In this document: one piece after another, positions 1 to 24,834 of the stretch
Layout: each line of letters begins with the position of its first letter
Position numbering within the stretch: the stretch's first letter is position 1
Source of the DNA: the human T2T-CHM13v2.0 reference genome, Homo sapiens
Length of the DNA stretch: 64,000 nucleotides
Assembly (NCBI RefSeq): GCF_009914755.1
Contig: NC_060936.1
Strand: one strand, 5' to 3'
Made by a program: the position numbers and the translations under genes
Notes under the pieces: model-generated
Seen by the model: the letters and a program-made list of their open reading frames with translations, nothing else
What the model was told of the DNA's origin: nothing
Databases searched by the model: none

Positions 1-66
1 AGATCGCACCACTGCACTCCAGCCAGGGCAATAGACTGAGGCTCTGTCTCAAAAGAAAAGAAAAGA
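1..66 (+). mobile_element. Alu 3' end
   Basis: GATCGCACCACTGCACTCCAGCC plus A-rich tail. Confidence 0.9.
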
Positions 67-979
67 AATCCTATAGAGGTGATCTCCTGCTTTGAACCTT
101 CAGATCTTGGGTGGGGACAGAAGTGGGGAAGGTGAGGATGAGGAAGGACAGAGCTTGTCAACAAGCCATTGGTCATGTCCTTCTGCTTGTAATGTCTGAA
201 CTTTCTAGCTTTTCATTTCTAAATTCCCTGCCTATGACTCACAGATGTTTCAAGGGGCCTTCAGAATGCCTGTGGACTTTAGTAGGTGAGAGCCATGGGC
301 AGAGGAAAGATGTAGTAGATGACAAATCACGTGAGGGTTAGAATTTGGCCACGGTGACTGCAGTTGCTAAGATTCTAAATGTTTCCTTAGTGCTTTTTGG
401 TAAATCTCTCTTCTCCCAAGATCGAAAAGTTGCATCTAGAACTAGATATATAGATGGAAGTTACCTAATATGGAGGAAAAAATAGTGAACAAAGGCTAAT
501 TTGGGAATCCTAAACTCAATTGGGATTGTGGAATGAAAAGCATGATGAATATGAGTTTTCTTTATCCACATCTAAAGCAAGCATCATTTTCCCAATTTTG
601 AGTAGGTACTGCCTGCTTTTATGCATTTTAGAGGGTTCAGTGTGGTGGCCGAGTAAGCACTGGGACACTGTCAAGTAGTTTCAGTCAAAAGTTCATTTTG
701 GGGAAGCATAAAAAGGACTCGTAATATGTATGAAAAAATAAGTAAAATAAATATGAATAATTATGAATAAAAATTTCACCACTAGCAATGTTATTTACGC
801 TGCAATCATGGAAATAAAAACAACAATAAAAAATACTGAGCATTAAGAATCACTAAATTATCTTACCAGCCATCATGACTCTGTACAAACAGAGCATACA
901 ATTAAATTTTTCACTGGAACTTGAGTATTGATCATCTGGGAATATAAACATGAGAGAAAGATAATAAAAGGAAACTAGT

Positions 980-1504
<525 letters not shown>

Positions 1505-1981
1505 TCAAAAGTGGACCCACATGCAAACAAAATTAGTTTACAATAAAAGGAGCATTCCAAATCAGTAGGAAAAATATTCAATAAATGTTGTTGGTATAAG
1601 TGATTAGTCTTTTAGAAAAAATGAAAATGCATCCATATTTTTCTCTGCACATCAAAAATAAATCCCAGAACTAAGACTTAAATATAAAAATGAAAAAACC
1701 AAAGTACTAGAATAAAATAATGAATTTTTAAATAATCTTGCATGGAGAAGGCTTTTTCTTAGTATGAAAACTTGGCAATATTTGTCTATAAAATCCAGAA
1801 GTTGTCATAAAGAAAAGATTAATAAATATGACTACTTAAAAATGAAAACTTCTGAATAAAAAAATACAATCAACAAAGTCAAAGACAATTGACAATCTGG
1901 GAGAAAAGTGGGCAACACGTATTATCTATATATGTTCTCATTCCTTTAGTATAGATGAAGCCTTTAGAAATCTGTAAGGTA

Positions 1982-2720
<739 letters not shown>

Positions 2721-2890
2721 TCAAATAATGCAAATTAAAATAGCAGTAAGATGGCAATTTTTAACCAGTCAAATTGGCAAAGCTTTAAAAGTTTAATAAC
2801 AAAACATGTTGGCTGGCAAGCAGGGAAACACATTACCAATGGAAGTATACGTATTTATAATGCTTTTGGAGAAAATTTGGCAATATTTCT

Positions 2891-3882
2891 TTTAAGGAAA
2901 TTTCCTTTTAATTCTCAGCAAGGCAAGTTACTTCTATACAGAAGCGTGTGCCCTTACAGATGGAACAATGAGGACTGCACATCTGGACAAGGGAGGGGAA
3001 GGGGTTCTTATCCCAGAAGCACTTGGCCCCTGCTGCTGTGTCGTTCCCCTATTGGCTAGGGTTAGACTGCACAGGCTAAACTAATTCCGATTGGCTAATT
3101 TAAAGAGAATGATGGGGTGAGTGCTTTGGCGGGAGTCAGGGCAGAGCAGGTAGCAGGTAATTGGAATGAGTTAGGGTGGAGCAGGTGATCAGAATGAGTT
3201 AGGGTGGAGCAGGTGATCAGAATGAGTGGAGAGAATGAGTTAGGGTGGAGCAGGTGATCAGAATGAGTGGAGAGAATGAGTTAGGGTGGAGCAGGTGATC
3301 AGACTGAGTGAAGAGAATGAGTTAGGGTGGAGCAGGTGATCAGAATGAGTTAGGGTGGAGCAGGTGATCAGAATGAGTTAGGGTGGAGTAGGTGATCAGA
3401 ATGAGTTAGGGTGGAGCAGGTGATCAGAATGAGTTAGGGTGGAGTAGGTGATCAGAATGAGTTAGGATGGAGCAGGTGATCAGAATGAGTTAGGGTGGAG
3501 CAGGTGATCAGAATGAGTTAGGGTGGAGCAGGTGATCAGAATGAGTTAGGGTGGAGTAGGTAATCGAAAAAGGTTGCTTTACGAGGAAGTTTAGTTTAAA
3601 AGTAGAAGGCAAAGAATTGAACATACTGCCTTTTTGTCTCTGTCTCTTCCTCTCTCTCTCTGCCTCTCTTTCTCTCTCTCTTTGACTCCTTCTTTTTCTG
3701 TCTCTTCCTTTCCCTCACTGCCTCTCTGCCTCTCCTCTCTCTCCTCTAGGGTAGGGACTTGCACGAGTGGAGCTACTCTCTCTTCCCCTGAGAAGGAAGG
3801 AAAGGGGGTGGGGTTGTGTCAGGTTCAATCCTTGAAATTAGTGGAAGGCCCAACCCCTCAACACTAGGGATGTCTCGCCTTG
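2891..3882 (-). mobile_element. LTR10/HERV-I-derived insert (U3-R of the LTR joined to a GA-rich internal segment) with an L1-type TSD
   Basis: Resembles remembered LTR10F/HERVIP10 sequence; 18-bp TSD AAATTTGGCAATATTTCT at 2873-2890 and 3883-3900; ATTAAA near the minus-strand 3' end. Confidence 0.75.
3163..3565. repeat. 28-bp VNTR (AGAATGAGTTAGGGTGGAGCAGGTGATC) x13 with three 13-bp partial units
   Basis: Counted directly; partial units at 3219-3231, 3260-3272 and 3301-3313. Confidence 0.95.
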
Positions 3883-3917
3883 AAATTTGGCAATATTTCT
3901 AAAAAATTCAAGTGCAA

Positions 3918-4277
3918 CATATACACCACGGAATACTATGCAGCCATAAAAAAGGATGAGTTCATGTCCTTTGTAGGGACATGAATGAAGCTGGAAACCA
4001 TCATTCTGAACAAACTATCTCAAGGACAGAAAGCCAAACACTGAATGTTTTCACTCATAGGTGGGAACTGAACAATGAAAACACTTGGACACAGGATGGG
4101 GAACATCACACACTGGGGCCTGTCATGGGGTAGGGGGAGGGGAGAGGGATAGTGTTAGGAGATATACCTAATGTAAATGACGAGTTAATGGGTGCAGCAC
4201 ACCAACATGGCACATGTATACATATGTAACAAACCTGCACGTTGTGCACACGTCCCCTAGAACTTAAAGTATAATAA
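3918..4277 (+). mobile_element. 5'-truncated L1PA 3' end
   Basis: Typical L1PA 3'UTR (GGAATACTATGCAGCCATAAAAAAGGATGAG...AACTTAAAGTATAATAAA); TSD AAAAAATTCAAGTGCAA at 3901-3917 and 4278-4294. Confidence 0.92.
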
Positions 4278-4842
4278 AAAAAATTCAAGTGCAAATACTT
4301 TTAATCTAGAGGTTCCTCTTCTAGGAATCTGTTCTACATATAAATTCACACAAGAACAGAAATATGTATAATAAAGGTTGTATATTTCTGCATTAACCAG
4401 TAAAAATAAAAAGTAAAACAAAGTAAATTATGAAAGGAAGGAAAGAAAAGCAACAATGAAGGATGAAAATAGTGCTCTATACTGTGATATGGAATAATGT
4501 CCAACATATAGTTAATTGAAAAAATGTAGAACAGTGTGCATGATATAATACCATTTGTATAAAAATGAAACGGAGATACCTATACTCCTTGTAGTGCATA
4601 GAAACTTTTTAGAAGGATATACAGTGGTTAACTCTGGAGCGTGCATCAGAGAGATGGGGAAAATGTTTTTATTTTTTATCTTATGGCCTTTTTTTATTGT
4701 TTGGATGTTTTACCGTGGCCATGTATTACTTTTGAAATAAGCTACATTTTTAATTTTTGCAAATGAAAAAGATAATTCCATCTGGTTCAGGAAAAGTGTC
4801 TGTAGAGAACATGGAAGGTGTTTTTTTCATTTTGCCACCTTT

Positions 4843-5459
<617 letters not shown>

Positions 5460-6199
5460 ACAGCCCATGTTTCTCAAATAATATTTATTCAACTCTATTG
5501 AGTAAGTGATAGGAGTCTAAATTCAATCTCACTGTTTATCATTCTATTTGCCCATCCATCAGTTCTTGGTAATATGTGTTAATAGGCATGGCCTGGGAAA
5601 ACGAAGTGCACTGAGAATTTTTAGTCTAACTGCTGTGTGTCCATTACAGGTATCACTCATCTTGCAAAATGGATATTGTTCAGCAAAATTAAAAGGCTTC
5701 TCTAGAGTAAAATCCATGTCTTACTAACATTTCAGAAGTTAATGTTCTTTCCCAGATACAATAGATTGGATTAAAATTTTGATTGAAGAAGGGATTAAGA
5801 TAATTTCTGGAACATATATTGGGCATTGCCATGTAGCTGCACTACGTATTTATGGGGACATCCCAAGGGTTCCTTTGTCACTTGTTGCATGTATGTGACA
5901 GAAAGAATCTGGAAGGCAATGAAGTCAGGACACTTGGCCTGTGATCCTCCAGTCCCACCTCCATCTGACCAAGGGTGAGACACTTTTAAAGAGTTTTTGT
6001 TCGGTCATCAGATATCGGGAAGTGTTACTATATGGCAGGCCCTTACACTCAGTTATATTCAGTTCTGTATGCCATACCACCATATAGTATATATTATGAG
6101 TATGGTATAATCTAGTGTAATAAAATGTTAATAAATAAATAAAATAGTAAAATAAGAGGTATAGAGAGCTGCCAACTGCGTGTGAACAAGCCAAGTTCT

Positions 6200-6750
6200 C
6201 TCAGATTTGTCACTCTCCTGCTTAAACCTTCAGTAGCTCCCCAGTACCTTCAAATTAAGTCCACATCCTAAGCTTGGCATTCAAGGTGCTTCGTCATCTA
6301 TCACCTGTCCACTTCTTTGGCCTCAGCTCTTGACGCTGCTCTCATCTCTTGAGATGCCTGTGTTACACTCAAATCTAATTATTTGCAGTTCCCCCCCATT
6401 ATTTCACAGAACTATGACTTTGCAAATGTTTCTTTACCTGCCTGCTTGGAAAAACATGTACTCAGTGTTTGAGACCTGGCTCAGAAATCAGCCTTTCTGT
6501 AAAGGCTTGCCCTGGTTCCTCTCTATATTTTCTGAATAACTTTATTATCACACTTAACAAACTATATTGAAGTTATTCATTTACATTCTTAAGGAAGTTT
6601 GGAAATGAAATGTAAAATAAATCCCCATTAGTGTATAAGCTCCTTGAGGGCAGAGGCCCTATCTAGTTAATCTTTGTATTTCTAGTATATAGCACACTGC
6701 CTGCTCAACACACTTTGTAAATGAATGCATAGATAAAAGAATGAATTTGT
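6200..6750 (+). mobile_element. L2-like remnant
   Basis: TGTCACTCTCCTGCTTAAACCTTCA, AAGCTCCTTGAGGGCAGAG, ...AAATGAATG end. Confidence 0.55.
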
Positions 6751-8624
6751 TATACTATAGCTGAAGGATTTCTTTGTAGTTTGACATTTCTTAATATAGT
6801 GACAAATGCAGTAAAACCTGCATCTCTCCTGGATTCCATGTTATCTCTACCTCTGCCCTACAGGCACTACTCATAGCATTACAGTGAAGTTCCTGTAACA
6901 ATTCATTTATTTTAAAACATACTAAATCAGCAAGCATATATCATTTATATCTTGACAGTGTACTTTAAAGCAGATGCTTCAGTTTTTCTTCCTTCACATA
7001 GCTAGCATCTCTCCAGACAAGCTTAGATAGCAACCTGTTTTCTTTGGCAAATTGATTAATGGGGACATTACTCATATGCCTGGTTGCATGACATTTCCAA
7101 TAACATTGTCATTTTGTTTATGGAGTGGTGGGTAAAAATATCCAGGAATTTACTACCAGTGGAGGAACCACCTGTTTGCTGGAAACATTAAAGAGGAAAA
7201 ACTGGAGAGGCAGCTCTCTTGGAGAATGCTGAAAAAGGTCTAATTCCAGCACGAGCCTGCCCCACAACAAACCACCTCCCAGGGGCACCTGTGGAAACAG
7301 GAGAACAGCCTTGCTGTGCATCTTAGCACTTTGGCTGGGGACTGAACTGCCTTGCGGGGACCTGGCAAAACTGCAGAGGTAGCTTTTCTCATGCCTGAAG
7401 GGTAGCAAAGGGGGTTGGGGAGAGCTGCCCAGCACTGTGTCAGTGGCAAGGAGTGGATTTAGGAGTAGGAAAAAGGGAGAAAAGCATGAATGAGTGGAGG
7501 GTTCGGAAGTGGCAGGGCGTGGTGGAGGCACACTGGGGAGTAGGCAGGGACCCAACTGTATGACAGAAAATTGGGCAGGTGTAATCAGCCTACACCTTCC
7601 ACCTCATCTCAAAGACCTCACAGCATAGGGGGAGGAGTGGGCGACCATGAAGAGAAGTTATGATCTCGTCCTCTGGAAGCCATGGGCAGGAAGGTTACAA
7701 GCACGTATTTGGGCCTCACCTGCAGCAGCAAGAACAGAGCAGGTGAACAGGCACGTTCCATGCTGAGTGGGAAAGGGAAACACACTGAAGGCTTGAAGTT
7801 TTCCGAGACAAAGCAAAGCCAACTGCGGAAACCTTTAAGAATTAGGGAAAGGATGCTCGCCCCTCCCAAGAACTTTCTGTCTTAAAAAACAAAACAACAG
7901 AAATAACAGAACACAACACAAGAACCACGTGCTAAAAGGAGAAGGGGGAAGCTGTGGCGGAGGAGCTAAGTCCAGGATGATGACCCGGGTGCTGAACACC
8001 ACGGGAAAAGATCAAGGTTTCTTGTGCAATCCTTCCCTGCATTTGCGTCAGCCAGCACAAGGCCATCTTGAATTGGCAGCGGTCAATTCAAGAAGCTTAT
8101 GTGAAAGGCAGCATTACTTAAGACAAAATGACTTTCTATCCTACTTCTGGAGAAATATCTAGAAGCCAGGGCTTCAATGTAAAGCAAATCTATAAAATTC
8201 ACAATGATATGTATGTTCTCCTGGCAAAATGTGGAAGGAGGGTGTTGCTACTTTCGTGTTTTGAATCTCATTATTGCGAGGGCAGCAGGAGTGTCAGGAG
8301 AGCCCGTAGCTCTAAACTCTCAGGACTTTAAAATTCCTATGCTATGTTATAAAATAATCCCTGTAACAGAATAGTTATATAAACTCCCAGTTCTAATAAT
8401 ACTATTTTATTGGGGAAACAAGGTGTTTGTCTAAAGAGCTAATTTTTGAAAATTAAAGGAACAAAGAGCTTAGTCATTTGTGTGAAAAATATGTATATGC
8501 CTTCACCAAGTTCCTGTAGATCACTGTGGTTATGTGTCCAAAAGGTTCCAGCAGAAGGCCCCAGAAAATGTTGGGCAGCACCAAGTCCAGAATAGGAATG
8601 AAAACAGAATATTTATTTTACTCA

Positions 8625-11742
<3,118 letters not shown>

Positions 11743-12736
11743 TTAAATCCCCATAAATATTTATGGCTTTTCGAAAATATCTTTATGGTCATAAGTAGGT
11801 TTGATAGCATTTCAATAGTAAATTTGCTTGTATTTTTTTCTTAGAAATGGGGAAGATTGAAGCAAAAAATGGAACAGTTAAGGCTATTTATGAAGTAAGA
11901 AATGGTTCCCCTGCTACTCTTGTGAAGTTTCCAGGTACCAAAAGCAAACTTCCTCCTAACGACTCAGGGTTCCAATCTTTTCTCCCTTAAAAATACAAGA
12001 TCCAGAAGAGGAGCCCTGTCAGATTTCCATTCAACAAAACCGCTGGGCTTACCAACCTTACACTGGAAACAACAAGCTCAAAAGTGGACTCTGAAACTTG
12101 CTTTTTAAAAAAAGCGTTTCAAGCGATAAGTGTAACGTGCTACAGCAAGTTTAGACATCTGCAGGTCTGATGCAGTCATCTCCTGAGGGTTTACCCAACA
12201 GACACACACAGGGCCAGGCACCTTTTCTTCTTTAGCAGCAGAAGAAAAATGTGCTCTTTATTGCCAAAAATAAACACTTTTTAAAAGACGACTTCTGTTC
12301 CTCAATAAATATCCCTTCCTTTCTATAGTGGATCTCTGGTTTTCTCCAGGCTGCCTAATTAACTGCTTTGGGTGTGTTCCTAACTGGAGACAGTGCTGAG
12401 GGGTCAGGGCCAGAGCCTTCATTAAGGAGAAATGAAATACTCCTCCTGTGTACGTAGGAGGTGCCCTTGGTCCCGCCGGCCGCTGCCACCACCACCAAAC
12501 TAAATGATCAGGCTCTTGGTGGTGAAGGGGTTCATAAATGCTGGGTAGAGAAAGGAATATTAGGTTTATTGGCAGGGAGGGGACAGCCAGGGTCTAATGC
12601 TATTCTCAGAAGGTTACTCTCAAATTAGGGACACCTGGGAATTTGAAGTGTTAGTGGCCCTGGGGAAAGGACTGGAAGGATTTATAAGCCCCTTGAATGA
12701 ACGCCGTGGCACTCAATCTTAACACCAGAAATCTAA

Positions 12737-18414
<5,678 letters not shown>

Positions 18415-19076
18415 AGTATTTCTTAATTTGTATAGTCCACACTGGTTTATCCATTCATCCAGTAAAGGACATTTGCGTTGTTTCCACTTTTTGACTATTA
18501 TGAATAATGCTGCTAGGAAAGAACATTTATATACAAGTTTTTGTGTAGTCACTCGTTTTAATTTCTCTTGGGTATGGGAGTGGCCAATATTCTGAAGAAC
18601 TGCCAAATTTCTTCCCAAAGTAGCTGCACTATTTTACATACTTAGTTTTTGTTTTTCGTTTTTTTTTAAATAAAGAACCTTTAGGGTTTCCTCAGCGTCC
18701 CAGAGGAGGGCCTGCTTCCGGCACCCCGCCTTCAGGGCTGCCTCCGCAGAGCACCAAACTCCCGTCCCCGCCATTCCAGGCCCTGGCACTTAGGAGCCAA
18801 AACCTCAGGTCAGGCGCACTTTGGGCCTCCAGCCCAGCCCCGCCTCCTCAGCGCTAGCTAGTAGGCAAAAGGAAAACAGCTGCCCCTTAATGAGGCTATG
18901 TGGACATCGTAGTTTTTTTTCCAGTCAGTAGCGCAGAGACTGTGATAAGAAAAATCACAATTCCCAGAATGCCGCGGTGCTACGGCAGCCGAAGGGGCCA
19001 TTCCGTGTGCAGCGCTCCCGCCCACCCTCCGGTCTCGGCGGCTCTCCAGAGCGTCTGTAAACACCCAGAGACTGTC

Positions 19077-19154
19077 ATGGAGGGGGAGGAGGAGGCGGCG
19101 GCGGCGAAGGGAGGCGTTTGGGGCCGCCTCCAGGGTCCGCTCTGCCATTCCTGA
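19077..19154 (+). CDS. Candidate upstream ORF (25 aa, MEGEEEAAAAKGGVWGRLQGPLCHS)
   Basis: GTC-ATG-G strong Kozak; stops 173 nt before the main ATG; only applies if the TSS is upstream of 19077. Confidence 0.45.
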   Translation: MEGEEEAAAAKGGVWGRLQGPLCHS

Positions 19155-19327
19155 ACTGGTCCCTCGTCCCCGTGACTCTGGCATCAGGGAAGCGAACTGT
19201 TAGGCGAGAGGAGGAGGCAGCCAGAACCATATCCCCTTCTTCCTCGGGGCGGGGGCCGGGCCAGGCCGGCTGAGCCGGGGGAGGGCTCCGGGAGGGAGTG
19301 CCTGGCCAGGCCGGCCTGTCTGCCGCG

Positions 19328-19342
19328 ATGGATGACAGTAAG
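19328..19342 (+). CDS. CREBL2: CREBL2 coding exon 1 (MDDSK)
   Basis: GCCGCG-ATG-G strong Kozak in a CpG island; ATG GAT GAC AGT AAG followed by the GTAAGT donor at 19343; joins in frame to exon 2 to give the recognised CREBL2 N-terminus MDDSKVVGGKVKK. Confidence 0.95.
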
Positions 19343-20019
19343 GTAAGTCTTGTGGTTTGCACGCGCCGCCGCCTTCTTGTCGCTCAATGCTAGTCCCGCG
19401 GCTGAACCTCCGCTATGTAGTCCACGCCAACACCCAAGAGACACCTGCCTAAAACATCCCTGCGCCTCTCCAGTCCACTGCCCGATGGTACCCAGCCAGG
19501 AAATCAGGGAACACCGGGGCTGCGTTTTTCCAGGAAGGGCCCTCTCTGGAAATTTTTCACTCCCAGGGCGTTTGCTAGCTTTCCAGGTAGTGCAACCCCT
19601 AGTCCTTAACTTGCCTGTCGAGATAAGAAACTACTGTACTTTTTCTTCTTGCACTTTTTTGCTGCCTCCTCTCTCCAGTTTGGAGACTTTAGTGCACGCT
19701 GAACCAGCCTTATTCCCCTTGACGATTCCCCTTCTCTCAGGCTCCCTTACTCAATGCCCCATTCATATAATCAGTTCACTCCCCCTCTGAGCTATTTCCT
19801 GTGGTTGGTTGGAACACCGCTAAGCTCCTGTTGCTATTTGGCCAGTGTGGAGTTTAACCTCCACTAGAAAGCCTTCTCTAAAAAAATACTGATTTTCCTC
19901 TTGTTAACTTTAATAGCCCATCACCATCCAATTTCCCTGTCCAAATCACTTACTTTATGATTATAAAATAATAGATAATGTTCATTATTGGTTAATCCAA
20001 ATAGTTTATCTATGTATAG

Positions 20020-23105
<3,086 letters not shown>

Positions 23106-24796
23106 AGAAATAATATTTCATAAAAGTCTTTGGTAGCTTGATCTTTCAGTGTTAATTTTGAAATTAAATGTTAACACTGTATCTATTATCTTGATGAGAA
23201 AATAATACTAATGTTATGGGTATTTAAGGATGGTAGAAGAACATACTGTTCTTTATTTTTCCTAACTTGAGATTCAGAATATATTCTTTCTGATTTTCAG
23301 TTTTTTCCTTTTCAGACCTTTGAAACATTTAACAACTTTCTGAAAGTCTTCAATAATTTCAAATAAGTCGAAGAAAAATACATAGGATTTTGGGCTACTT
23401 AGCTGTAAGATCATATAAAGGTTATTTCTAAAACTAGCAATCTGGTGGGGTGAAGGAAGGTTCAAAATGTCATTGTTTAGCCTGAAAGAGTGAAGTTAAA
23501 ATTTGAGGGCAAGCTATCCGTGAATTACTTCCTAAAGGATACACAGGTAAGCACAGTGAATTTGATTCTCACTCTTTATTAATTCATTGTTTTTATAAGT
23601 ACTTAGAAACCAGCAGCTTTGAAAACCTTAGTGAGCATCAAAAAGAAAATTCATTTAAATGTCTCTGGATGGAGAGTGCCTCTGGAATACTCTACTTGCA
23701 CTTTGAATGCATGTTGTAGTTGTAGATGAGTAATATTTACATGTCATGTATAATACTGGACTCTCCTTCAACAGTCAGGCAGTGTGAAACTGTCCTTATA
23801 TAAGGCTTTGGCAGCTCCCAGCCCTGCGTTTTCTGTGCCCTAGTTATAATCCCACAAAATTGTACTGTCCTCCTAGTATATACAGACATACACACAAAAC
23901 ACACTTTTCCCTCACATTCTGTATGAGTCACACTCTCTCGTCCCATTTTCTTCAGTGTAAGGGAAGATGAGGATTGGGGTTTGGAAGTATGGTGGCTGTG
24001 CCCTTGAGAGCATAAAGGATGATAAACTGGCTGACAGCAAGACCAGGGCAACAGGAAGAAGACAGAGTAGGCAGGAACAGCAGTTATAGAGAGGTAGTAT
24101 TTGAGTGAGTAGGTCAGGAAACATGATGATGATAATGTGAGGGCCTCCCTTTATAAAGATTTTGTATTCTGAGTTGTTTTTACCAGTGGTGATAAATGAG
24201 TTTGCTGCGAGTTCTCCACACTCTGCCATCTAGCTGGCTGGAGTGAGAGCAGGACAGATTTGAATGGGGAATAGCTTTGCCTCCCAAGTTTCTAGCAGTG
24301 TGCCTAATACAGCATAAAGTACTCATTTATAGAGATTGAATTGAATTGAATCAGGGTGACATTAAGGAGATTGCCCTGATGTACTCGGGCTTTATTAATC
24401 AGTGTGCTCCAGCTGAGCAAACCAGCCAGCACATACTTACAATGGCAAATGAGAGAAATAAAGCAAGAGACAGATTTGGCATCTCTAAAGTGGGGGTTTA
24501 GGAAAGTGTTAAGTAGCAGAGCTCAAATACTGAGTAGATCTCCTACTAGGCTAGTTGGGAAGGAAAAAATCTTGGCTAATTTATTTAACTTTTTTGAGCT
24601 TCCATTTCCTTATCTGTTAAATGTGGCCAATAGGTGAGGCCTTGGTGAAGATTAGGGTTGATACATTTAAAGCTCTAGTACAGACTCTAACACATAGTAG
24701 GCTCTCAAAACACGTTATCATTATTATATTACCTAACAGTGATTCCTTGTGCTTTACTACGGTGCAGTAGGTCCCTGAGATGCTCATTTTAGTAAT

Positions 24797-24800
<4 letters not shown>

Positions 24801-24834
<34 letters not shown>

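Larger units (their letters stand above)
18690..19600 (+). promoter_or_regulatory. CpG-island, TATA-less promoter, 5'UTR and first exon of CREBL2
   Basis: High GC and CpG density; ETS-like CTTCCGG (~18715), GC box CCCCGCCTCC (~18837), GATA TGATAAGA (18943), ZNF143-like ACAATTCCCAGAATGC (~18957-18972), forkhead GTAAACA (19057). Confidence 0.85.

Noticed and set aside
3163-3565. VNTR as a CRISPR array or interstitial telomere
   Set aside because: No unique spacers and no cas genes in a eukaryotic context; TTAGGG occurs singly per 28-bp unit rather than in tandem.
7118-7885. 145-aa minus-strand ORF and neighbouring ORFs
   Set aside because: Non-ATG start for the long ORF, low complexity, no recognisable domain or splice structure.
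18858-19790. Overlapping 84-146 aa ORFs across the promoter
   Set aside because: Expected in a GC-rich CpG island; most start at non-ATG codons and resemble no protein I recognise.
24222-24240. Possible CTCF motif (reverse CAGCTAGATGGCAG)
   Set aside because: The 5' half fits the consensus poorly.
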